The notes under the pieces were generated by a model. It was not told the origin of the DNA. It saw only the letters and a list, made by a program, of their open reading frames with translations, and made no database searches. Shown piece after piece: positions 26,223 through 38,432 of a DNA stretch of 64,000 bases (positions are counted from its first letter, which is position 1; every line of letters begins with the position of its first letter). The position numbers and the translations under genes were made by a program. This DNA is from Chrysomallon squamiferum (Eukaryota; Animalia; Mollusca), in NCBI GenBank assembly GCA_012295275.1, contig CM022665.1, positions 15,066,001 to 15,130,000 on the forward strand, written 5' to 3'.

Positions 26223-29200
26223 AATAATAGAGTACATAATATAAACAGGAAACTTGATCTAATTTTATAAACTGAAATAAAATTGTTTATCTTATTTAAC
26301 ATTTAAATACAGTGCCACCAAAAAAATTACTGACCCTGAGAAAATTACTCCAGCCATTTAACAGATAAGACTTTAGTTATGAATTTGTAATCTTTTAACT
26401 GTCATGCAGCATTCAGTGCCATTGTCTGACTATGAATATTTTGAATTTTGCTGTCTATGTGAAGTTATTTGTATCTTTTTCTTTTCTGTCCATTATTAAT
26501 AGGGATTATAGGTTCCACTAATTTTATCTGTATTTGTCTCAAATTCTTCATTTTTTGTGAGTTTTCATGTTATTTATTTGCTGACTTTCAGTTATTGGAG
26601 GCATTTGTTTTCATCCCAATAGTTTTCTTTTCAATAATAATTTCATTATTTTGTGTACTTTTAATACTGAAATGGAGTCAGGACTCAAAAGTGTTTTGAT
26701 AAGTTAGGGAATTATTATAAAAATAATTTGAATTATCTTTCTAAAGATTTGATTAATATCACTTATTCCCATTTCTTTAAAAAAGTAAAACTGATATACT
26801 GTTTCATTAAGTAACTGAACAAGCTACATTAAAAAAAGAAAATCTATTTTGAAAATTATGTTGGCGTTATTTTAGATGTAGTATAGTATTTGTCAGTTCT
26901 TGTGGTCATATTACAGACATAATATTTCTTAGGAGTATAGAGAATAATCCATGTACAGAATAATTTAATTCTGTGCATTTAAAAGTAAGTCAGTCAAACT
27001 TGTTAATTAAAGCATGTTAGTCTGACATGTAATAGCAAAACATCTTTATTGATAGGATCTATTTTACACTTTTATTTCTACTGAAATAATCTTGAAATTA
27101 ATCTAAAAACAACACCTTAGTGATGACTGACAGCAGACCTACAATACATTTTTGTTTGAACTAACACGAAGCTTACAGTTTCAAAGAACAGTTTACAAAT
27201 AGTTGACAGTAACTGATCATGATGTTGGTTTAATATAAAATTAATATAAATAACATGTATCGATAAATTTTTATGGTTTTAACTGATAACAAAATACCTA
27301 TCTGTATAATACCCAAGACAGTCTTGTAAATGTTTACCGTGTCAGCAATACCATAGCCATTTGCATCAATTCTGCAGTCATGAAAGGAATCCTTGTACAT
27401 CTTATTTCACAACTGAAATGTAGCAGAGAGGTTTAATCTGTTGTTTTGAAAATATGGAAATACATTCTAAATAAGGTAATTGTGTATTTACAAGAAATGT
27501 CCTAAACTTACAGAATTAACAAATGTAATATTTTGGATTATTTCAGCAACTTCTAATTTACTATTTCTAATTGTAAATATCATAACTGAATAAGGCTGGG
27601 TAAAAATATTTATGGTTCTGTATCAGAATCAAGAATTATTTTTAAACTGACCACTCTTAGAGATGTAGTTTTGACATGTTAAAATTTCATCATAGCATGG
27701 AATGCTACAAATATATGTGTGTATATATATATATATTTTTTTTTTCGTTTTATTTTCCCTATCACCTTTAGACTGATTTCATTTTTCATATTGTTGAAGT
27801 ACATTTATATGAGGACGTACCTAGAGAAGCGGGGCTTAATTTATCAAAAATTGTTTTTAAGGATAGTAAACAAAAAGAAACCACCATTGTAAATTTTCCA
27901 GTGTTTCTGGTAAAATTGTGTATATAAATTATGTATATGTTTAAAATAAAGTCATTGGATATCATTATTTGAAATATTGTCAATGCCTTTTTTACAATAT
28001 ATGATTTTTGTACGTAAAATATAAAAGCTAGAAATTGTTGGTTTTTTTATGTGCCATTTCTGTTGGTTATACATTGTTTTTTTATTATGTTGTTCTTTTT
28101 CATTTATTTTTATTTTTATTTTGCCTCTATAGTTATGGTCTGACTCACTGTTTTCTAATATTAAATAATGTGAAGCCAAACACCAAAATTTATTATTTCT
28201 TTATCTATTAATTTCCTGCAAGAGTTCAGTCATACCTATCATATACATTACCATACTCGAGATATTTGTATACATCATTTTTTTCGTTTTGGTATATGAT
28301 TAGGAAATGGAACAATGCTTTCTAGTTTTAACATTTTCTAATTGTTTTATTTGAAGTTGATTTCCTGTAAGAGTCCTAAAAAATTACCAAATACTGAAAT
28401 GTTTAAACTAGGTTGCGTGTGTTCAGGGAGGGTATCAAATGACCAAGCTTACTTGTAGTACAAGATACAGTTCACTTCACAAAACCGATTTTAAGAGATT
28501 GTGAAGTTTTCATGTGATTGTTTGACAACTTTCAATGCTTGTGCCAATTTATATGTTCCTCACCAAGAAGCTTTACTATTCATTTCCTTCACCATGAAAA
28601 TATGTAATTATTCACAAGAATAAATTGAAAAGCAGACACATTATTTTTTTCAGAAATGGTGAATTCCAAACCTCAGAATGTTTCGCAAAGTTACTGTATG
28701 TTTGAAAGAAGAATCAGATCAAGTATCAGTTTAATTTGTTAGGGGAATTTCTTATAAAGACATAATTTTAAATCCGAAAATAAGCTGAACCAGGGAAATT
28801 GGTAAAAATGACAACTGAATGTTAGACAAAAAATCGTAAAAAAAACCCCCAAAACGGGCCGATTGCGCTCAATAGATTATTTAAATGGAACATTAATACC
28901 TAACTTCTTTTAAATTCTTCCTTTTGTTTGACAAATAAACCCGTCATTATTATTTAACAGCCATGTGAAATGAAGCGGTAGTGCCCGATCCATGAAAAAT
29001 AACCCTGAAGAACGACAATTCTATAGCGCCGTCTGCAGAAATAAACATTAAAATAACAGAAAAAAATCACCTATTCACGAACTCTTACTTACACATGTTC
29101 ATATATCAAATGAAGCAGGCCAAAAAACATAATATTTAATTAAGTTAAATCTATCTCTATAAAAGTTATTACAAAGGGAACACATTAATGAATACATCAT

Positions 29201-32200
29201 GCATATTTGATAAAGATACCTCTTGAAATAATTTTTGAGTCATGGTTAGTAAATCTTCTTTCGAAAAGTTTGAATTCCTACATTCGAGGTATGTACTTTT
29301 GACAACTTTGAAATAGTTTTTTTTTAGTTGTTTGTGTGTGTGTGTGTGTTGTCGTCTGGGACTGAATGTGTTTCGAAACGTATAAAACATCTTTATTTGA
29401 CAATAATACACAATGCGTTAGCATTGCTACTTCGTGAGTGCGTAGAGCGCTGTCGAACTTCATATCTAAAGAACACTTTTTTTTTTAAAATTCCACCTGT
29501 TTTTTAACGCGTCCCCCATTTTCCTGATGTTCCCAATAGAATTAATAAATGTTCTTGATCGATGGTATTTTCGTGGAAACGAGAATTTTCACTAGAAATT
29601 AATTATATATATATATATTTATTTATCTAGTTTCTTTTTGTTTGAGGTTTCAAAACAAAAGCAGTATTTTGAAGAAAAAGCAACGCTACAAATGAAACCC
29701 TGTTTATTTTTCGACATTGTTTCCAAAAAAAAAAAAAGCAGCTTCAAAACAAAAACCACTGCATTCGAAAGAAGAAATATTCGTCTTTATTATGGTGCCC
29801 ATCACACGTTCCTTTAAACAATAGTGTATCTATGCCGAGATGAGAAAAGACATCACATTTCAGCTGATTCTGGCATTACGGGCGGCTGTACCAATTATTA
29901 AAAGCTTCAGCTTCCGTTTTATTTTGCTTTTCTTTTTGAGTTACCGTTCGTGAACATCTCTCATCCATCCGTCAGTGATTTTGTACAACATCCGACATCA
30001 TGCCAGGCATGCAGTTTGAATATGATGAGGAAGGAGGCACTTTCTATTACTTTCTTCTGTCTTTTTGGAGTTTAGTTTTGATTCCCACAACATATTATCT
30101 GTGGCCTCGCAAGAAAACAAGAGGTTATATGAAATTCTGTTTAAACGTGTCCAAATATGTATTTGTATAAATCAAAAAAATATTGTTATTCACATTCTGA
30201 GAGACCAGCTGTTAATTTCATTTATATTTTATGAATAAAAACTATTAACCTTCATATGATGAATCGTTAACAGTAACATTTGTGTTAAGTAGTTGAAGGA
30301 AAATATGTACATCATATTTTAATTATTTAAAACTTCAGACCTGTAAAATGCTGATAAAACCTGTAAAACCTGTGAACTAATAAAATGAAAAACAACAAAA
30401 TGAATGCAGAATCAATTAATTCAGATATAATTATTATGTACTCAGACTAGTCTTTCAATATATTAATTGATTAAATTCAAACAAATTAAAAATGAATTTT
30501 CTACATAAAACATTTTTTGTAAATTGGGAGTAAAGGCTTGGTAATCTGTTTCAGAATGATGCATTTCATATTTTAAATTAAAGGACACCATGTTTAACAT
30601 TTAATAGGTTTATTGTCATAAGCTTATTTCTCTTCATTAGTATTCTGTTATTAACAAGAAATTATTATGACCACATAAATTGGTAATGTTTACCATATGT
30701 ATTTAGCTCTTTGATAACATTTTGTTTTTTAAATATTTCAGGATATTACAATATTTAAGTTTTAAAAAATAATAATAAAAATAACTGTATTATAAAATAA
30801 ATGAACAAAGGTTGCTGTTTTCTTTTTCATATTATTATTAAAACTAAAGCAGCTTATAATGACCATTAAAGTCTTGTCATTTCATAAAACATTTTCAAAC
30901 CTTTTGTTTTCATTCTGTTTCAAACAGTTTGTTAATTTGTACATGAGGTGCAATTTAATTTAGTACGTATATTACACAGATGAAGAAGAAAAACAGAGAA
31001 AACTGTGTAACTGTGACCCATGTCAGATAAAAAGAAAAATGCTTAAAGCCAGAGAACCATGGATGAAAGCAAAAGAAAAATCTATGTAAGTATTAAAAAG
31101 CAAAATATTACTGGATTTTACAGTCTACAACTAAAAATTCTAATTATAAATATATGTTAAAAAATTATATATATAAATGAATTTATTATTATTATTATTA
31201 TTAAATTTATAAAACTTTATTTTATTATTATTATTTTTTTATATTGTTTATTACTGATAAAAATAAACGTTCTAACATCTGTTTATAAATCATTTATTAA
31301 GATATAGGTGTTGACACAAAGTATTTGTATTTTATTTATTTTTATTTTTAGAAAAATTGGCCTTATATTTGGCTGGATCATATTCTTATTACTTGCCTAC
31401 AAAGTTTCTAAAATACAAATGGACTATGTGGAATATGATCCATTTTTGGAGCTTGAAGTTGACAGGGTAAGAACATAATTAAAATATTTGCTTTTTATAT
31501 TTGTTTAAATACCATACGGCTGTATGTCATTTTCTGCAGCATAAATACATTACCAATAACCCATTACACTGATAAATATTTGAAACCATTAGCTTGACAT
31601 AGATGACTCAGCTGGTTTACCTTATTATTGAAAATTTGTACATATAAAACATATAAGCATGTAAAACTTGTAAGCAGACCTGGGATACTCATCAAAAAAG
31701 TAAGATGCAATTTTAAAAAATGAACAACTTCTAGTATACAGATCCAGTATTCAGAAAAGTGTTCATGTTAATAGAACAGAACAAAATAAAAATATAAGCA
31801 TTTCAGAACCAATTGCTTCCTGATTAAGACCAATTATTTTCACTTACTCGTTTTATCCTTCTTTTAAATTATATTTGGTAACTGAACTTCATAATTAATA
31901 AAGTATGTTGTTTTGTTTCTCTTATATTTTTTAAAATAAAATGTTTACTTATTCATTACAGGGAGCTAGCCCTGCAGAAATAAAGCGTGCATACAGAAAA
32001 CTAAGTTTAATATACCATCCAGACAAAGAAACAGGAGATGCCAAGAAATTTATGAGGATAGCCAAAGCTTACGCTGCGTAATTATTTTTCATACCTCATA
32101 AATTATAAAATCTTGCTTCAATGATGTGTTAAAGTGTACATTTGTGACATTTGGAAACACTTTAAATGCATTGTGTTGGGAGTTTTTTCTTTCCAGTTTT

Positions 32201-35200
32201 TGCTAATAATAAAATAATTTATCAATAATGGCATGTTATTTCTTTTCTATCTCATAGTCTTTCTTTTAAATACAAAATCATTTGCACAGTTAAAGGCAGA
32301 ACTTTAGTATTAGTCTTTATTTTTTTTTCATCCCTTCATTTAAGTTAATATCTTAATGATCAAAATTAATTTGTTTGGTAATGTGCTAGTAAAGTTTTAT
32401 TAACATTGCATACTTGTTTTATGTGTCATACACTTAATTATAGATTCGATATAAACTATAATATTTGCAGTCAACTAAGAATGTTTAATCACTCGAACAA
32501 GAACATTTAAAATTCAACTTTTAACCTTAATACTATTTAACAGTTAATGATCAAAAACAAGTTAATTGTTTGTTGTGTAAATGTTCTTAGAACAAATAAT
32601 TGATAAATGTTCTTAGAACAAATAATTGATAAATGTAAATTGTTATTTTTCTTTTACAGTTTAACCGATGAAGAATCGAGAAAGAACTGGGAAGAGTTTG
32701 GTAATCCTGATGGACCAGGAGGTTTGTTAAAATCTTTATTTTATTTAAACAAAAAGCACATCTTTGTGGATAGTATCTGTGATCAATTTCAGTCTATGTT
32801 ACGAGAAAAATCCAGAGAAAATATTGCTCTGCTAAATATTGCTTACAATCCACAGAGAATCATTTATTTCAATGTGTTAACTTCTAGCACATGGCATTTA
32901 AAATTTTGGTGTTGTAGTTGTAGACAGCAAGGACTGTTCAACACATTTTGGAGTTACAGTCACTAGCCTTTACCAACAATAAAGTACAAAAATAAAATAA
33001 TTGTTGTTTAAAGATGCTTGGAGACTGAGACAGGGTTTATTTGTGGTAGTTGTACGGGACTTTAAAATGTTGCTGGTTTACACTGAAATCCAGATTATTC
33101 AAAGGCTTGTTTTCACAGTCCACTGTATGTATGTGTGTTTGTATGTATATGTGTAAATTAAATAAGACAAACTAAAAAAAAAAAAGTAATGATAGTTTTT
33201 AGTGATATTTTCTTGTTAATATGATTTTTTATTTCATTTGCAGCAACAAGATTTGGAATTGCTCTTCCAAAATGGATTGTGGAGAGAGAAAATTCCATGT
33301 GGGTATGTACCAATGTGTGACATTGTTAAAGACTCCAGTATAATTAGTTTGCTTTTGGATACAACACTGGTGTGAGGATACTACTAATGAACACTAAAAC
33401 AGAAACTGACTGTTATTATAATACAGGACAGTTTATAAATTATCATTAACAAGGTAGTATGTAACAACTGTAGGTACCGGCAGCCTAGCTGATATAATTG
33501 GTCAAAGCTGTTAAAAGTTCAGATTTTGCCCATTTTCCTTCACTCCCAAATCCCTTCTATAAATCCTACCATAAAAAACAAATACATGTAACTAAAGATC
33601 TTTATGTGCTCTTTTTAAATGGTGTTGTTGTTCTTGCTGTATGTTTAATCAGTTCTTTGTACGAGAGTGTTAAACTCACTTCAGCGCCTGTTGTCAGCAA
33701 TTAACAGCGAGGAGTAAAAAGTCTTAAAATAGGGTCGCTCTACAAACGCCTGGCTTGTTTTTGCCAAAATGGCTTCAATGTTATTTTTAGCACAGCTAGG
33801 AGGGTCAAAGTTCAATGTTTCTAACAGTGTGCATGTCATCACTGTAAATGGCTTATATCAAAACTTGTGTCCAAAAATGTACTTTTTCATGCCTACAAAC
33901 CTATTTTGAAAAAAACTGGCTGAAAATAAAACCTATTTTCTTGGGATCAAATGAAAGATCATTCAATTATCTTTGAAACAATGTGCCTACGGTGTGTCTT
34001 CTTTGGCGAAAAGAAGCTTCGTGTTTGAAAGTAGCATGTGCTATTGAAATCATTATTACATTACGTTTTTTACTGACCGAAGTCGCCGTAGATTTTATGT
34101 ACAGCTAGAAATGCCTAGCGCTGATTAAAATGATTATATTTATATGTTGTTTATATTTTTAATAACTTGTTGGCTGTTTGTTTTTCTTCAGTGTTTCTAC
34201 TTTTAGCGTATACATTATAGCATGTGCATAGCGAAATCGTTTTGCCGATTACTGTCTTCAGTTTAAAACCGTTGATTATTTTGCATTCAAAATTCTTGTG
34301 ATAAACGTCAAATTAATAATTGTAAACATAACAAACTATACAACAATATATTCAGAGGTATTGATGGAATGCTAAATAAAAATCTAATCACTTTCTTAAA
34401 AATATAAAATCATAAATTGATCTATTTTAAAACATTATTTTTGCTTGTTGATAAGCTTTATCAGAGAAAATTTCAGCAATGGTCAGATGATACGTAACTT
34501 TTGTTTGCTGTCAAACCACAGCAAGTACAAAGCAAGAAAATTCTTTTATGTTTGCTTCAAATGACTTATAACACCTGTGTCTTTAATTGCCTCTAGTCTC
34601 TTGATTACATACATTTTATTGTCCCTGATTAATACCTGCAACACCTTTCTGGAGTTTATGTATTGCAAATGATTATGGTTAAACATCAAATGCTTGTAGA
34701 CCTTTTAAGTAACATTTATGTATATATGATATATACACATCACAGTATCTTAACTTATTACTACCAATTATTTAAGGGGGTGAAATTTGAAGCTGCTTAT
34801 GTAAATAAAGTTGTGCTGTTCTATAAAAATTGAAAAGGTAAATTTGTTTTATGGACTTGGCAGAATTTTTTAAATTTTTTTATTACAAATGCTAAATTCA
34901 AGTATGTCATTTGAAAGATCTTGATGAATTGTTCACAACACAGGCTGAGTTTGTCAAATAAGACAAAAACTGAAATCACAGTGTCTATTTGAAGTTTTAG
35001 TCATTCTGCCGTGTGTCATTTTGAACACTTTTGCCATGTTCAGCATGTTATTGTGAACACACATACAAACTGAGCTCATTTAGCAAGTTGGTCCCATCAC
35101 TCTTGTTGATTTTCAGCCTTTTGTGTCAATTACTTTTCAAACTATAGTTAGTCAAACTAGCCCTTTCTGCTAATTAGCCAAAATAGGGCTAAAAACAACC

Positions 35201-35410
35201 AAATACCTGTCTTACTGATTTGCATATATCTTCTTAACTGCTGGAGATAGTCATAATTTTTTGTGTGTTTTCATTCCTTTTGCTACAGCTTTCATTATGT
35301 GCTACATGATTTTTGCATATTATGTGAAATTAAAGTCAGAAAAAATTTGCCTGCTGGTAGCTATAACAAGATGTTTTATTTTTATTTTTATTTATTTTTT
35401 ATTTTTTAAA
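26223..35410 (+). repeat. Tandem segmental duplication, copy B (contains the 5' part of intact SEC63 and a 1.9 kb insertion)
   Basis: Colinear with 18811-26222. Homology resumes at 35364 (TAACAAGATGTTT) after the insertion. Confidence 0.9.
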
Positions 35411-37032
35411 ACAACAATTTGTCTTTGTATTTAATAAACAAAACATTTGATGATTACATACATAAAATATGCATTATACACTAGCCTAACTATAACTATT
35501 AACATTAAATAAGCAACACTATATGAATGTAGCAGATTGTAGATGGTAGGCATAAGGAAATGCATGCTGCTGATTCAATGTATCCAGCTGTTTATGCCCA
35601 GCAGCATGACACACTGACTACTATCCATTGCAGGTGTTTAGATTGTTTATTTTTATATATTTTTAAAGCAGGATTATATTTATATTGATTTTTACTGAGG
35701 TATATAAGATGAAAGTTAAAAAAGGTATTTGTTACAGGCAGTAAATTTTTTCAAATTAATGTGAACTGTAATGTATAAAACCTTCAGTGATTAGTATAAA
35801 GTATAAAAAGTGAATGAAAAGTTGAAATTTAAAAAAAAATATATCAGAAATAAGAATTCATGTTCACTATATTTTTGCATTTCTCTTAACCCAAGTTAAA
35901 ACTTCCAAAGTGCTGAATAACCAAATAAGTTTTGTGATAATTATTTACTTTCTCTGTGCTAGTGAATAACTCCTCCAAATAATTTAAAAACAAAATTTCT
36001 TTTTAATAATAAACAGGCTTCCAACATAGACTGTAACATTACAGAAAAAAAAAAAAACAGAAAAAAACAATAGAAAAAACACCACCACCCTCAGATATAA
36101 AGCTTCTTTAAATAATTTATTTAAAATTCAACCTTTTTCAATTTCCTAAATTTATTTAATTTATTTAATTTATTATTTTATTATTTTATGCAATTCTTTG
36201 TTCATTGCCTGTTTATTTCTCCTGTTTGATCAGTTATGATATTCAGAGATGTGACTGCAGGCTAGAACAAAGACTGTTACAAAAACCACAGAGTCATAAA
36301 TAATATGAACTCTTGTCAAAGTAGCAGTTACATTAAAATATGTTTTAACTCTTATTCTTAGACAAAAGTCTGAAATTTAATTTGTTTTCACTCACATTGC
36401 TCAATTTGGTGAATCTATAAGTATTGTGAAATACATGTATATACATGTGTGATTACTGAATGTCTAAACAGTATGCACCAGAAATTAAAAAAAAAAAACA
36501 ATTGGGAAGATAGTAATTGGTGACCCATAAGATCATTGACAGTATAATAATAACATGTTTGTTTTTATTACAAACTGCCCAGTACCGTACGTCTACAAAA
36601 GGAAATGTATAATCATAATGGTTTTGTATGTACGTGGTAAAATCATACTTTTCATTATTACCTGAATTTGCCATATCTCTGCTCTGCTGGCTCTCCAGCT
36701 GATGTGTACCACCTCCAGAACTAGTGTTGTAGTCTATCCATTTTTTAAATTTCCGAAGTTTTTAGTCATATAGTACACACACATCTCCACTGCTTCACTT
36801 CCTTTTGCTCTTCTAGAAGTAATTTTAATTTTCCAACAGAAATTCCTTCACAGAATTATCCAGACACAAACAAAAGGAAAGTGTTGGCATCTTCCAAAAT
36901 TAGTCTAGTCTGTAGATCAGGTATTAAACTTTATTTGTGTAAAATATTATCAAAATCCATCATTGACCAACAGTGTTCTGTTCTAACAGAAGTCAAAATC
37001 CATTTTTAATTTCCTATATATATATATTTAAA

Positions 37033-37066
<34 letters not shown>

Positions 37067-38398
37067 TTATTTATTTATTTATTTTATTTACTTCTTTTTT
37101 TTTTGTTGTTTTTGTTGTTGTTCATTGCCTGTTTATTTCTCCTGTTTGATCAATTATGATAATCAGAGATTGACTGCAGGCTAGAACAAAGACTGTTAAA
37201 AAACCACAGAGTCATAAATAATATGAACTCTGTCAAAGTAGCAGATACATTAAAATATGTTTTAACTGTTAATCTTAAAACTTTTATTATCTATAACTTT
37301 AGCTAAGATAGAATTTTAATTTCATGCAGCGAGCATGATATCAAAATTTCGTAGTTATTTTGCTTTTTAAGGGAAATATGAGAATTTGATGAAATTAATC
37401 AGTATCATACATTAAAGCTGGAAAATATGGGCCACAAGTACAGAAATTTTCAGATCATACGGTTGCCATTCCTCCATTAATTTTCAAGTTATAATTAGAA
37501 CTGGTATTATTTTATATATTGTTTTGTCACATACCTATGTTGATGTCATGAGTCACCGGTTACCTTCTACCTGTTATTTTCTTGTAGAAGCACTTCATCA
37601 TTATTTTTATTTTGCAGTTTGGTGTTGAAATCAGTCATATCAGAATCACTGCTGTAGGCCTAAGGAACAAGTGTGTTCTTTGTCATTGTTATTCTGATAA
37701 TGTGAATCTCCAGGCCCTCCATAGTTTTGTTACACTAACTCAATTAAAAATACAAAAGATAGATTAAAAATTTTGTTCACCAAATAGCAGGGGAGGCTTT
37801 TCTACCCAGCTACCCTTCTGACAGAAATGCTGGTAAGTGTGTGTGTGTGTACTAAAACTCATGGAAATATATTTTTTTCTATTTACAGGTGTTAGCTGTG
37901 TATCTGTTAGTTTTCATGATAGTAATGCCTGTTGTTGTGGTAAGTCAAATTTATTTATGTTGTTAAAATCTAACTTCATTTAATTAATATAGATAGATCC
38001 CATGTCTGCAGAAATGGAAGGTAATTTCCATTGCATTATGTATAATTTAGATTGCCAAAACATTATTTTGTCAAATATAGTCTGTAGACAATGATGGTAT
38101 TTGTCATTGATTTACACAGTCAGATAACCACAATGTGACTTAGGTAATTTCCTAGTTATTCTATAGAAATGATTGGTAATTTAAATATTTAAGGTTAACA
38201 TTAAGAATTAGGGTTTAGTTTAGTTTAGTTCTTAATTTCATTTTATTTTGTTTTATAACATTATTTTATTTTATTAATACAGGGAGCTTGGTGGTACAGA
38301 TCTATTAAATTCAGTGGTGACCAAGTTCTGCTGGATACCACCAGACTTTATTGGTATTTCTTTAACAAGACACCTAACATGATCCTTAAACGTGAGTG

Positions 38399-38432
<34 letters not shown>

